64,000 nt of DNA from Auanema rhodensis (GCA_964057225.1 OZ059900.1:18290001-18354000), one strand, 5' to 3'; shown: positions 28,049 to 43,443, numbered from the stretch's first letter. The notes: generated by a model not told the origin, from the sequence alone. A program made the numbers and translations.

Positions 28049-30100
28049 GCTCAAAATTGTTCGTACAACGACTAGTTCCACTTTCACGACAAAAAAACAG
28101 GGGTTAGAAAATTAAGGAAATTAGCATATTCTGAGGGCACGCCCCTTATGGCTAATATTGATTAAATCGATTTTTGTTCATATGAGTCGTCAAATGCAAC
28201 GAATTTCAGCGTGTTACATACTAAAATGAAGCATTTTACATGCTGAACACTAGAAAAATACAAAAACACAGTATTTCCCATGAGAAATATTTTATTATGC
28301 TGGAAAACCAGTTTTTGAAAATTTCGCTGTAAACAAGGTTTTGACTTACGATTTCATGTGTTCAAACTCATGCAATGTCAATGAAACCTAGCTCAAAATT
28401 GTTCCTACAACGTCTAGTTCCACTTTCACGACAAAAAAACAGGGGTTAGAAAATTAAGGAAATTAGCATATTCTGAGGGCACGCCCTTTATGGCTAATAT
28501 TGATTAAATCGATTTTTGTTCATATGAGTCGTCAAATGCAACGAATTTCAGCGTGTTACATACTAAAATGAAGCATTTTACATGCTGAACACTAGAAAAA
28601 TACAAAAACACAGTATTTCCCATGAGAAATATTTTATTATGCTGGAAAACCAGTTTTTGGAAATTTCGCTGTAAACAAGGTTTTGACTTACGATTTCATG
28701 TGTTCAAACTCATGCAATGTCAATGAAACCTAGCTCAAAATTGTTCGTACAACGACTAGTTCCACTTTCACGACAAAAAAACAGGGGTTAGAAAATTAAG
28801 GAAATTAGCATATTCTGAGGGCACGCCCCTTATGGCTAATATTGATTAAATCGATTTTTGTTCATATGAGTCGTCAAATGCAACGAATTTCAGCGTGTTA
28901 CATACTAAAATGAAGCATTTTACATGCTGAACACTAGAAAAATACAAAAACACAGTATTTCCCATGAGAAATATTTTATTATGCTGGAAAACCAGTTTTT
29001 GAAAATTTCGCTGTAAACAAGGTTTTGACTTACGATTTCATGTGTTCAAACTCATGCAATGTCAATGAAACCTAGCTCAAAATTGTTCCTACAACGTCTA
29101 GTTCCACTTTCACGACAAAAAAACAGGGGTTAGAAAATTAAGGAAATTAGCATATTCTGAGGGCACGCCCTTTATGGCTAATATTGATTAAATCGATTTT
29201 TGTTCATATGAGTCGTCAAATGCAACGAATTTCAGCGTGTTACATACTAAAATGAAGCATTTTACATGCTGAACACTAGAAAAATACAAAAACACAGTAT
29301 TTCCCATGAGAAATATTTTATTATGCTGGAAAACCAGTTTTTGGAAATTTCGCTGTAAACAAGGTTTTGACTTACGATTTCATGTGTTCAAACTCATGCA
29401 ATGTCAATGAAACCTAGCTCAAAATTGTTCGTACAACGACTAGTTCCACTTTCACGACAAAAAAACAGGGGTTAGAAAATTAAGGAAATTAGCATATTCT
29501 GAGGGCACGCCCCTTATGGCTAATATTGATTAAATCGATTTTTGTTCATATGAGTCGTCAAATGCAACGAATTTCAGCGTGTTACATACTAAAATGAAGC
29601 ATTTTACATGCTGAACACTAGAAAAATACAAAAACACAGTATTTCCCATGAGAAATATTTTATTATGCTGGAAAACCAGTTTTTGAAAATTTCGCTGTAA
29701 ACAAGGTTTTGACTTACGATTTCATGTGTTCAAACTCATGCAATGTCAATGAAACCTAGCTCAAAATTGTTCCTACAACGTCTAGTTCCACTTTCACGAC
29801 AAAAAAACAGGGGTTAGAAAATTAAGGAAATTAGCATATTCTGAGGGCACGCCCTTTATGGCTAATATTGATTAAATCGATTTTTGTTCATATGAGTCGT
29901 CAAATGCAACGAATTTCAGCGTGTTACATACTAAAATGAAGCATTTTACATGCTGAACACTAGAAAAATACAAAAACACAGTATTTCCCATGAGAAATAT
30001 TTTATTATGCTGGAAAACCAGTTTTTGGAAATTTCGCTGTAAACAAGGTTTTGACTTACGATTTCATGTGTTCAAACTCATGCAATGTCAATGAAACCTA
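28049..30100. repeat. Dimeric higher-order repeat x3 (684 bp): [T23A+G270A][G15C+C97T]
   Basis: M83-M88 alternate strictly. The paralogous block has only two copies (38312-39679). Confidence 0.88.
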
Positions 30101-30442
30101 GCTCAAAATTGTTCGTACAACGTCTAGTTCCACTTTCACGACAAAAAAACAGGGGTTAGAAAATTAAGGAAATTAGCATATTCTGAGGGCACGCCCCTTA
30201 TGGCTAATATTGATTAAATCGATTTTTGTTCATATGAGTCGTCAAATGCAACGAATTTCAGCGTGTTACATACTAAAATGAAGCATTTTACATGCTGAAC
30301 ACTAGAAAAATACAAAAACACAGTATTTCCCATGAGAATAATTTTATTATGCTGGAAAACCAGTTTTTGGAAATTTCGCTGTAAACAAGGTTTTGACTTA
30401 CGATTTCATGTGTTCAAACTCATGCAATGTCAATGAAACCTA

Positions 30443-33400
30443 GCTCAAAATTGTTCGTACAACGTCTAGTTCCACTTTCACGACAAAAAAACAGGGGTTA
30501 GAAAATTAAGGAAATTAGCATATTCTGAGGGCACGCCCCTTATGGCTAATATTGATTAAATCGATTTTTGTTCATATGAGTCGTCAAATGCAACGAATTT
30601 CAGCGTGTTACATACTAAAATGAAGCATTTTACATGCTGAACACTAGAAAAATACAAAAACACAGTATTTCCCATGAGAAATATTTTATTATGCTGGAAA
30701 ACCAGTTTTTGGAAATTTCGCTGTAAACAAGGTTTTGACTTACGATTTCATGTGTTCAAACTCATGCAATGTCAATGAAACCTAGCTCAAAATTGTTCCT
30801 ACAACGTCTAGTTCCACTTTCACGACAAAAAAACAGGGGTTAGAAAATTAAGGAAATTAGCATATTCTGAGGGCACGCCCTTTATGGCTAATATTGATTA
30901 AATCGATTTTTGTTCATATGAGTCGTCAAATGCAACGAATTTCAGCGTGTTACATACTAAAATGAAGCATTTCACATGCTGAACACTAGAAAAATACAAA
31001 AACACAGTATTTCCCATGAGAAATATTTTATTATGCTGGAAAACCAGTTTTTGGAAATTTCGCTGTAAACAAGGTTTTGACTTACGATTTCATGTGTTCA
31101 AACTCATGCAATGTCAATGAAACCTAGCTCAAAATTGTTCGTACAACGTCTGGTTCCACTTTCACGACAAAAAAACAGGGGTTAGAAAATTAAGGAAATT
31201 AGCATATTCTGAGGGCACGCCCCTTATGGCTAATATTGATTAAATCGATTTTTGTTCATATGAGTCGTCAAATGCAACGAATTTCAGCGTGTTACATACT
31301 AAAATGAAGCATTTTACATGCTGAACACTAGAAAAGTACAAAAACACAGTATTTCCCATGAGAAATATTTTATTATGCTGGAAAACCAGTTTTTGGAAAT
31401 TTCGCTGTAAACAAGGTTTTGACTTACGATTTCATGTGTTCAAACTCATGCAATGTCAATGAAACCTAGCTCAAAATTGTTCGTACAACGTCTAGTTCCA
31501 CTTTCACGACAAAAAAACAGGGGTTAGAAAATTAAGGAAATTAGCATATTCTGAGGGCACGCCCCCTTATGGCTAATATTGATTAAATCGATTTTTGTTC
31601 ATATGAGTCGTCAAATGCAACGAATTTCAGCGTGTTACATACTAAAATGAAGCATTTTACATGCTGAACACTAGAAAAATACAAAAACACAGTAATACCC
31701 ATGAGAAATATTTTATTATGCTGGAAAACCAGTTTTTGGAAATTTCGCTGTAAACAAGGTTTTGACTTACGATTTCATGTGTTTAAACTCATGCAATGTC
31801 AATGAAACCTAGCTCAAAATTGTTAATACAATGTCTAGTTCCACTTTCACGACAAAAAAACAGGGGTTAGAAAATTAAGGAAATTAGCATATTCTGAGGG
31901 CACGCCCTTTATGGCTAATATTGATTAAATCGATTTTTGTTCATATGAGTCGTCAAATGCAACGAATTTCAGCGTGTTACATACTAAAATGAAGCATTTT
32001 ACATGCTGAACACTAGAAAAATACAAAAACACAGTATTTCCCATGAGAATAATTTTATTATGCTGGAAAACCAGTTTTTGGAAATTTCGCTGTAAACAAG
32101 GTTTTGACTTACGATTTCATGTGTTCAAACTCATGCAATGTCAATGAAACCTAGCTCAAAATTGTTCGTACAACGTCTAGTTCCACTTTCACGACAAAAA
32201 AACAGGGGTTAGAAAATTAAGGAAATTAGCATATTCTGAGGGCACGCCCCTTATGGCTAATATTGATTAAATCGATTTTTGTTCATATGAGTCGTCAAAT
32301 GCAACGAATTTCAGCGTGTTACATACTAAAATGAAGCATTTTACATGCTGAACACTAGAAAAATACAAAAACACAGTATTTCCCATGAGAAATATTTTAT
32401 TATGCTGGAAAACCAGTTTTTGGAAATTTCGCTGTAAACAAGGTTTTGACTTACGATTTCATGTGTTCAAACTCATGCAATGTCAATGAAACCTAGCTCA
32501 AAATTGTTCCTACAACGTCTAGTTCCACTTTCACGACAAAAAAACAGGGGTTAGAAAATTAAGGAAATTAGCATATTCTGAGGGCACGCCCTTTATGGCT
32601 AATATTGATTAAATCGATTTTTGTTCATATGAGTCGTCAAATGCAACGAATTTCAGCGTGTTACATACTAAAATGAAGCATTTCACATGCTGAACACTAG
32701 AAAAATACAAAAACACAGTATTTCCCATGAGAAATATTTTATTATGCTGGAAAACCAGTTTTTGGAAATTTCGCTGTAAACAAGGTTTTGACTTACGATT
32801 TCATGTGTTCAAACTCATGCAATGTCAATGAAACCTAGCTCAAAATTGTTCGTACAACGTCTGGTTCCACTTTCACGACAAAAAAACAGGGGTTAGAAAA
32901 TTAAGGAAATTAGCATATTCTGAGGGCACGCCCCTTATGGCTAATATTGATTAAATCGATTTTTGTTCATATGAGTCGTCAAATGCAACGAATTTCAGCG
33001 TGTTACATACTAAAATGAAGCATTTTACATGCTGAACACTAGAAAAGTACAAAAACACAGTATTTCCCATGAGAAATATTTTATTATGCTGGAAAACCAG
33101 TTTTTGGAAATTTCGCTGTAAACAAGGTTTTGACTTACGATTTCATGTGTTCAAACTCATGCAATGTCAATGAAACCTAGCTCAAAATTGTTCGTACAAC
33201 GTCTAGTTCCACTTTCACGACAAAAAAACAGGGGTTAGAAAATTAAGGAAATTAGCATATTCTGAGGGCACGCCCCCTTATGGCTAATATTGATTAAATC
33301 GATTTTTGTTCATATGAGTCGTCAAATGCAACGAATTTCAGCGTGTTACATACTAAAATGAAGCATTTTACATGCTGAACACTAGAAAAATACAAAAACA

Positions 33401-33864
33401 CAGTAATACCCATGAGAAATATTTTATTATGCTGGAAAACCAGTTTTTGGAAATTTCGCTGTAAACAAGGTTTTGACTTACGATTTCATGTGTTTAAACT
33501 CATGCAATGTCAATGAAACCTAGCTCAAAATTGTTAATACAATGTCTAGTTCCACTTTCACGACAAAAAAACAGGGGTTAGAAAATTAAGGAAATTAGCA
33601 TATTCTGAGGGCACGCCCTTTATGGCTAATATTGATTAAATCGATTTTTGTTCATATGAGTCGTCAAATGCAACGAATTTCAGCGTGTTACATACTAAAA
33701 TGAAGCATTTTACATGCTGAACACTAGAAAAATACAAAAACACAGTATTTCCCATGAGAAATATTTTATTATGCTGGAAAACCAGTTTTTGGAAATTTCG
33801 CTGTAAACAAGGTTTTGACTTACGATTTCATGTGTTCAAACTCATGCAATGTCAATGAAACCTA
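30443..33864. repeat. 5-monomer tandem duplication (1711 bp), M90-94 / M95-99
   Basis: The private GAAAAGTAC allele occurs at ~31336 and ~33047, 1711 bp apart. The flanking allele order is identical in both copies. Confidence 0.9.
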
Positions 33865-34549
33865 GCTCAAAATTGTTCGTACAACGTCTAGTTCCACTTT
33901 CACGACAAAAAAACAGGGGTTAGAAAATTAAGGAAATTAGCATATTCTGAGGGCACGCCCCCTTATGGCTAATATTGATTAAATCGATTTTTGTTCATAT
34001 GAGTCGTCAAATGCAACGAATTTCAGCGTGTTACATACTAAAATGAAGCATTTTACATGCTGAACACTAGAAAAATACAAAAACACAGTAATACCCATGA
34101 GAAATATTTTATTATGCTGGAAAACCAGTTTTTGGAAATTTCGCTGTAAACAAGGTTTTGACTTACGATTTCATGTGTTTAAACTCATGCAATGTCAATG
34201 AAACCTAGCTCAAAATTGTTAATACAATGTCTAGTTCCACTTTCACGACAAAAAAACAGGGGTTAGAAAATTAAGGAAATTAGCATATTCTGAGGGCACG
34301 CCCTTTATGGCTAATATTGATTAAATCGATTTTTGTTCATATGAGTCGTCAAATGCAACGAATTTCAGCGTGTTACATACTAAAATGAAGCATTTTACAT
34401 GCTGAACACTAGAAAAATACAAAAACACAGTATTTCCCATGAGAAATATTTTATTATGCTGGAAAACCAGTTTTTGGAAATTTCGCTGTAAACAAGGTTT
34501 TGACTTACGATTTCATGTGTTCAAACTCATGCAATGTCAATGAAACCTA
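33180..34549. repeat. Dimeric higher-order repeat x2 (685 bp): [+C, GTAATAC, C315T][GTTAATACAATG, C97T]
   Basis: Seen at M98-101 and again at M121-124 (41048-42417). Confidence 0.88.
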
Positions 34550-37500
34550 GCTCAAAATTGTTCGTACAACGTCTAGTTCCACTTTCACGACTAAAAAACA
34601 GGGGTTAGAAAATTAAGGAAATTAGCATATTCTGAGGGCACGCCCCTTATGGCTAATATTGATTAAATCGATTTTTGTTCATATGAGTCGTCAAATGCAA
34701 CGAATTTCAGCGTGTTACATACTAAAATGAAGCATTTTACATGCTGAACACTAGAAAAATACAAAAACACAGTATTTCCCATGAGAAATATTTTATTATG
34801 CTGGAAAACCAGTTTTTGGAAATTTCGCTGTAAACAAGGTTTTGACTTACGATTTCATGTGTTCAAACTCATGCAATGTCAATGAAACCCAGCTCAAAAT
34901 TGTTCGTACAACGTCTAGTTCCACTTTCACGACAAAAAAACAGGGGTTAGAAAATTAAGGAAATTAGCATATTCTGAGGGCACGCCCCTTATGGCTAATA
35001 TTGATTAAATCGATTTTTGTTCATATGAGTCGTCAAATGCAACGAATTTCAGCGTGTTACATACTAAAATAAAGCATTTTACATGCTGAACACTAGAAAA
35101 ATACAAAAACACAGTATTTCCCATGAGAAATATTTTATTATGCTGGAAAACCAGTTTTTGGAAATTTCGCTGTAAACAAGGTTTTGACTTACGATTTCAT
35201 GTGTTCAAACTCATGCAATGTCAATGAAACCTAGCTCAAAATTGTTCGTACAACGTCTAGTTCCACTTTCACGACAAAAAAACAGGGGTTAGAAAATTAA
35301 GGAAATTAGCATATTCTGAGGGCACGCCCCTTATGGCTAATATTGATTAAATCGATTTTTGTTCATATGAGTCGTCAAATGCAACGAATTTCAGCGTGTT
35401 ACATACTAAAATGAAGCATTTTACATGCTGAACACTAGAAAAATACAAAAACACAGTATTTCCCATGAGAAATATTTTATTATGCTGGAAAACCAGTTTT
35501 TGGAAATTTCGCTGTAAACAAGGTTTTGACTTACGATTTCATGTGTTCAAACTCATGCAATGTCAATGAAACCCAGCTCAAAATTGTTCGTACAACGTCT
35601 AGTTCCACTTTCACGACAAAAAAACAGGGGTTAGAAAATTAAGGAAATTAGCATATTCTGAGGGCACGCCCCTTATGGCTAATATTGATTAAATCGATTT
35701 TTGTTCATATGAGTCGTCAAATGCAACGAATTTCAGCGTGTTACATACTAAAAAGAAGCATTTTACATGCTGAACACTAGAAAAATACAAAAACACAGTA
35801 TTTCCCATGAGAAATATTTTATTATGCTGGAAAACCAGTTTTTGGAAATTTCGCTGTAAACAAGGTTTTGACTTACGATTTCATGTGTTCAAACTCATGC
35901 AATGTCAATGAAACCTAGCTCAAAATTGTTCGTACAACGTCTAGTTCCACTTTCACGACAAAAAAACAGGGGTTAGAAAATTAAGGAAATTAGCATATTC
36001 TGAGGGCACGCCCCTTATGGCTAATATTGATTAAATCGATTTTTGTTCATATGAGTCGTCAAATGCAACGAATTTCAGCGTGTTACATACTAAAATGAAG
36101 CATTTTACATGCTGAACACTAGAAAAATACAAAAACACAGTATTTCCCATGAGAAATATTTTATTATGCTGGAAAACCAGTTTTTGAAAATTTCGCTGTA
36201 AACAAGGTTTTGACTTACGATTTCATGTGTTCAAACTCATGCAATGTCAATGAAACCTAGCTCAAAATTGTTCGTACAACGTCTAGTTCCACTTTCACGA
36301 CAAAAAAACAGGGGTTAGAAAATTAAGGAAATTAGCATATTCTGAGGGCACGCCCCTTATGGCTAATATTGATTAAATCGATTTTTGTTCATATGAGTCG
36401 TCAAATACAACGAATTTCAGCGTGTTACGTACTAAAATGAAGCATTTTACATGCTGAACACTAGAAAAATACAAAAACACAGTATTTCCCATGAGAAATA
36501 TTTTATTATGCTGGAAAACCAGTTTTTGGAAATTTCGCTGTAAACAAGGTTTTGACTTACGATTTCATGTGTTCAAACTCATGCAATGTCAATGAAACCT
36601 AGCTCAAAATTGTTCCTACAACGTCTAGTTCCACTTTCACGACAAAAAAACAGGGGTTAGAAAATTAAGGAAATTAGCATATTCTGAGGGCACGCCCTTT
36701 ATGGCTAATATTGATTAAATCGATTTTTGTTCATATGAGTCGTCAAATGCAACGAATTTCAGCGTGTTACATACTAAAATGAAGCATTTTACATGCTGAA
36801 CACTAGAAAAATACAAAAACACAGTATTTCCCATGAGAAATATTTTATTATGCTGGAAAACCAGTTTTTGGAAATTTCGCTGTAAACAAGGTTTTGACTT
36901 ACGATTTCATGTGTTCAAACTCATGCAATGTCAATGAAACCTAGCTCAAAATTGTTCGTACAACGTCTAGTTCCACTTTCACGACAAAAAAACAGGGGTT
37001 AGAAAATTAAGGAAATTAGCATATTCTGAGGGCACGCCCCTTATGGCTAATATTGATTAAATCGATTTTTGTTCATATGAGTCGTCAAATGCAACGAATT
37101 TCAGCGTGTTACATACTAAAATGAAGCATTTTACATGCTGAACACTAGAAAAATACAAAAACACAGTATTTCCCATGAGAATAATTTTATTATGCTGGAA
37201 AACCAGTTTTTGGAAATTTCGCTGTAAACAAGGTTTTGACTTACGATTTCATGTGTTCAAACTCATGCAATGTCAATGAAACCTAGCTCAAAATTGTTCG
37301 TACAACGTCTAGTTCCACTTTCACGACAAAAAAACAGGGGTTAGAAAATTAAGGAAATTAGCATATTCTGAGGGCACGCCCCTTATGGCTAATATTGATT
37401 AAATCGATTTTTGTTCATATGAGTCGTCAAATGCAACGAATTTCAGCGTGTTACATACTAAAATGAAGCATTTTACATGCTGAACACTAGAAAAATACAA

Positions 37501-40500
37501 AAACACAGTATTTCCCATGAGAAATATTTTATTATGCTGGAAAACCAGTTTTTGGAAATTTCGCTGTAAACAAGGTTTTGACTTACGATTTCATGTGTTC
37601 AAACTCATGCAATGTCAATGAAACCTAGCTCAAAATTGTTCGTACAACGACTAGTTCCACTTTCACGACAAAAAAACAGGGGTTAGAAAATTAAGGAAAT
37701 TAGCATATTCTGAGGGCACGCCCCTTATGGCTAATATTGATTAAATCGATTTTTGTTCATATGAGTCGTCAAATGCAACGAATTTCAGCGTGTTACATAC
37801 TAAAATGAAGCATTTTACATGCTGAACACTAGAAAAATACAAAAACACAGTATTTCCCATGAGAAATATTTTATTATGCTGGAAAACCAGTTTTTGGAAA
37901 TTTCGCTGTAAACAAGGTTTTGACTTACGATTTCATGTGTTCAAACTCATGCAATGTCAATGAAACCTAGCTCAAAATTGTTCGTACAACGTCTAGTTCC
38001 ACTTTCACGACAAAAAAACAGGGGTTAGAAAATTAAGGAAATTAGCATATTCTGAGGGCACGCCCCTTATGGCTAATATTGATTAAATCGATTTTTGTTC
38101 ATATGAGTCGTCAAATGCAACGAATTTCAGCGTGTTACATACTAAAATGAAGCATTTTACATGCTGAACACTAGAAAAATACAAAAACACAGTATTTCCC
38201 ATGAGAAATATTTTATTATGCTGGAAAACCAGTTTTTGGAAATTTCGCTGTAAACAAGGTTTTGACTTACGATTTCATGTGTTCAAACTCATGCAATGTC
38301 AATGAAACCTAGCTCAAAATTGTTCGTACAACGACTAGTTCCACTTTCACGACAAAAAAACAGGGGTTAGAAAATTAAGGAAATTAGCATATTCTGAGGG
38401 CACGCCCCTTATGGCTAATATTGATTAAATCGATTTTTGTTCATATGAGTCGTCAAATGCAACGAATTTCAGCGTGTTACATACTAAAATGAAGCATTTT
38501 ACATGCTGAACACTAGAAAAATACAAAAACACAGTATTTCCCATGAGAAATATTTTATTATGCTGGAAAACCAGTTTTTGAAAATTTCGCTGTAAACAAG
38601 GTTTTGACTTACGATTTCATGTGTTCAAACTCATGCAATGTCAATGAAACCTAGCTCAAAATTGTTCCTACAACGTCTAGTTCCACTTTCACGACAAAAA
38701 AACAGGGGTTAGAAAATTAAGGAAATTAGCATATTCTGAGGGCACGCCCTTTATGGCTAATATTGATTAAATCGATTTTTGTTCATATGAGTCGTCAAAT
38801 GCAACGAATTTCAGCGTGTTACATACTAAAATGAAGCATTTTACATGCTGAACACTAGAAAAATACAAAAACACAGTATTTCCCATGAGAAATATTTTAT
38901 TATGCTGGAAAACCAGTTTTTGGAAATTTCGCTGTAAACAAGGTTTTGACTTACGATTTCATGTGTTCAAACTCATGCAATGTCAATGAAACCTAGCTCA
39001 AAATTGTTCGTACAACGACTAGTTCCACTTTCACGACAAAAAAACAGGGGTTAGAAAATTAAGGAAATTAGCATATTCTGAGGGCACGCCCCTTATGGCT
39101 AATATTGATTAAATCGATTTTTGTTCATATGAGTCGTCAAATGCAACGAATTTCAGCGTGTTACATACTAAAATGAAGCATTTTACATGCTGAACACTAG
39201 AAAAATACAAAAACACAGTATTTCCCATGAGAAATATTTTATTATGCTGGAAAACCAGTTTTTGAAAATTTCGCTGTAAACAAGGTTTTGACTTACGATT
39301 TCATGTGTTCAAACTCATGCAATGTCAATGAAACCTAGCTCAAAATTGTTCCTACAACGTCTAGTTCCACTTTCACGACAAAAAAACAGGGGTTAGAAAA
39401 TTAAGGAAATTAGCATATTCTGAGGGCACGCCCTTTATGGCTAATATTGATTAAATCGATTTTTGTTCATATGAGTCGTCAAATGCAACGAATTTCAGCG
39501 TGTTACATACTAAAATGAAGCATTTTACATGCTGAACACTAGAAAAATACAAAAACACAGTATTTCCCATGAGAAATATTTTATTATGCTGGAAAACCAG
39601 TTTTTGGAAATTTCGCTGTAAACAAGGTTTTGACTTACGATTTCATGTGTTCAAACTCATGCAATGTCAATGAAACCTAGCTCAAAATTGTTCGTACAAC
39701 GTCTAGTTCCACTTTCACGACAAAAAAACAGGGGTTAGAAAATTAAGGAAATTAGCATATTCTGAGGGCACGCCCCTTATGGCTAATATTGATTAAATCG
39801 ATTTTTGTTCATATGAGTCGTCAAATGCAACGAATTTCAGCGTGTTACATACTAAAATGAAGCATTTTACATGCTGAACACTAGAAAAATACAAAAACAC
39901 AGTATTTCCCATGAGAATAATTTTATTATGCTGGAAAACCAGTTTTTGGAAATTTCGCTGTAAACAAGGTTTTGACTTACGATTTCATGTGTTCAAACTC
40001 ATGCAATGTCAATGAAACCTAGCTCAAAATTGTTCGTACAACGTCTAGTTCCACTTTCACGACAAAAAAACAGGGGTTAGAAAATTAAGGAAATTAGCAT
40101 ATTCTGAGGGCACGCCCCTTATGGCTAATATTGATTAAATCGATTTTTGTTCATATGAGTCGTCAAATGCAACGAATTTCAGCGTGTTACATACTAAAAT
40201 GAAGCATTTTACATGCTGAACACTAGAAAAATACAAAAACACAGTATTTCCCATGAGAAATATTTTATTATGCTGGAAAACCAGTTTTTGGAAATTTCGC
40301 TGTAAACAAGGTTTTGACTTACGATTTCATGTGTTCAAACTCATGCAATGTCAATGAAACCTAGCTCAAAATTGTTCCTACAACGTCTAGTTCCACTTTC
40401 ACGACAAAAAAACAGGGGTTAGAAAATTAAGGAAATTAGCATATTCTGAGGGCACGCCCTTTATGGCTAATATTGATTAAATCGATTTTTGTTCATATGA

Positions 40501-43443
40501 GTCGTCAAATGCAACGAATTTCAGCGTGTTACATACTAAAATGAAGCATTTCACATGCTGAACACTAGAAAAATACAAAAACACAGTATTTCCCATGAGA
40601 AATATTTTATTATGCTGGAAAACCAGTTTTTGGAAATTTCGCTGTAAACAAGGTTTTGACTTACGATTTCATGTGTTCAAACTCATGCAATGTCAATGAA
40701 ACCTAGCTCAAAATTGTTCGTACAACGTCTGGTTCCACTTTCACGACAAAAAAACAGGGGTTAGAAAATTAAGGAAATTAGCATATTCTGAGGGCACGCC
40801 CCTTATGGCTAATATTGATTAAATCGATTTTTGTTCATATGAGTCGTCAAATGCAACGAATTTCAGCGTGTTACATACTAAAATGAAGCATTTTACATGC
40901 TGAACACTAGAAAAATACAAAAACACAGTATTTCCCATGAGAAATATTTTATTATGCTGGAAAACCAGTTTTTGGAAATTTCGCTGTAAACAAGGTTTTG
41001 ACTTACGATTTCATGTGTTCAAACTCATGCAATGTCAATGAAACCTAGCTCAAAATTGTTCGTACAACGTCTAGTTCCACTTTCACGACAAAAAAACAGG
41101 GGTTAGAAAATTAAGGAAATTAGCATATTCTGAGGGCACGCCCCCTTATGGCTAATATTGATTAAATCGATTTTTGTTCATATGAGTCGTCAAATGCAAC
41201 GAATTTCAGCGTGTTACATACTAAAATGAAGCATTTTACATGCTGAACACTAGAAAAATACAAAAACACAGTAATACCCATGAGAAATATTTTATTATGC
41301 TGGAAAACCAGTTTTTGGAAATTTCGCTGTAAACAAGGTTTTGACTTACGATTTCATGTGTTTAAACTCATGCAATGTCAATGAAACCTAGCTCAAAATT
41401 GTTAATACAATGTCTAGTTCCACTTTCACGACAAAAAAACAGGGGTTAGAAAATTAAGGAAATTAGCATATTCTGAGGGCACGCCCTTTATGGCTAATAT
41501 TGATTAAATCGATTTTTGTTCATATGAGTCGTCAAATGCAACGAATTTCAGCGTGTTACATACTAAAATGAAGCATTTTACATGCTGAACACTAGAAAAA
41601 TACAAAAACACAGTATTTCCCATGAGAAATATTTTATTATGCTGGAAAACCAGTTTTTGGAAATTTCGCTGTAAACAAGGTTTTGACTTACGATTTCATG
41701 TGTTCAAACTCATGCAATGTCAATGAAACCTAGCTCAAAATTGTTCGTACAACGTCTAGTTCCACTTTCACGACAAAAAAACAGGGGTTAGAAAATTAAG
41801 GAAATTAGCATATTCTGAGGGCACGCCCCCTTATGGCTAATATTGATTAAATCGATTTTTGTTCATATGAGTCGTCAAATGCAACGAATTTCAGCGTGTT
41901 ACATACTAAAATGAAGCATTTTACATGCTGAACACTAGAAAAATACAAAAACACAGTAATACCCATGAGAAATATTTTATTATGCTGGAAAACCAGTTTT
42001 TGGAAATTTCGCTGTAAACAAGGTTTTGACTTACGATTTCATGTGTTTAAACTCATGCAATGTCAATGAAACCTAGCTCAAAATTGTTAATACAATGTCT
42101 AGTTCCACTTTCACGACAAAAAAACAGGGGTTAGAAAATTAAGGAAATTAGCATATTCTGAGGGCACGCCCTTTATGGCTAATATTGATTAAATCGATTT
42201 TTGTTCATATGAGTCGTCAAATGCAACGAATTTCAGCGTGTTACATACTAAAATGAAGCATTTTACATGCTGAACACTAGAAAAATACAAAAACACAGTA
42301 TTTCCCATGAGAAATATTTTATTATGCTGGAAAACCAGTTTTTGGAAATTTCGCTGTAAACAAGGTTTTGACTTACGATTTCATGTGTTCAAACTCATGC
42401 AATGTCAATGAAACCTAGCTCAAAATTGTTCGTACAACGTCTAGTTCCACTTTCACGACTAAAAAACAGGGGTTAGAAAATTAAGGAAATTAGCATATTC
42501 TGAGGGCACGCCCCTTATGGCTAATATTGATTAAATCGATTTTTGTTCATATGAGTCGTCAAATGCAACGAATTTCAGCGTGTTACATACTAAAATGAAG
42601 CATTTTACATGCTGAACACTAGAAAAATACAAAAACACAGTATTTCCCATGAGAAATATTTTATTATGCTGGAAAACCAGTTTTTGGAAATTTCGCTGTA
42701 AACAAGGTTTTGACTTACGATTTCATGTGTTCAAACTCATGCAATGTCAATGAAACCCAGCTCAAAATTGTTCGTACAACGTCTAGTTCCACTTTCACGA
42801 CAAAAAAACAGGGGTTAGAAAATTAAGGAAATTAGCATATTCTGAGGGCACGCCCCTTATGGCTAATATTGATTAAATCGATTTTTGTTCATATGAGTCG
42901 TCAAATGCAACGAATTTCAGCGTGTTACATACTAAAATAAAGCATTTTACATGCTGAACACTAGAAAAATACAAAAACACAGTATTTCCCATGAGAAATA
43001 TTTTATTATGCTGGAAAACCAGTTTTTGGAAATTTCGCTGTAAACAAGGTTTTGACTTACGATTTCATGTGTTCAAACTCATGCAATGTCAATGAAACCT
43101 AGCTCAAAATTGTTCGTACAACGTCTAGTTCCACTTTCACGACAAAAAAACAGGGGTTAGAAAATTAAGGAAATTAGCATATTCTGAGGGCACGCCCTTT
43201 ATGGCTAATATTGATTAAATCGATTTTTGTTCATATGAGTCGTCAAATGCAACGAATTTCAGCGTGTTACATACTAAAATGAAGCATTTTACATGCTGAA
43301 CACTAGAAAAATACAAAAACACAGTATTTCCCATGAGAAATATTTTATTATGCTGGAAAACCAGTTTTTGGAAATTTCGCTGTAAACAAGGTTTTGACTT
43401 ACGATTTCATGTGTTCAAACTCATGCAATGTCAATGAAACCTA

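Larger units (their letters stand above)
25997..43101. repeat. Large block duplication: M77-M103 (25997-35233) vs M107-M126 (36260-43101), start offset 10263 bp
   Basis: Both blocks begin with the private pair G148A (AAATACAACG) + A170G and follow the same allele order through A43T+T341C and G180A. The first copy has 7 extra monomers (one dimer and one 5-mer). Confidence 0.88.
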
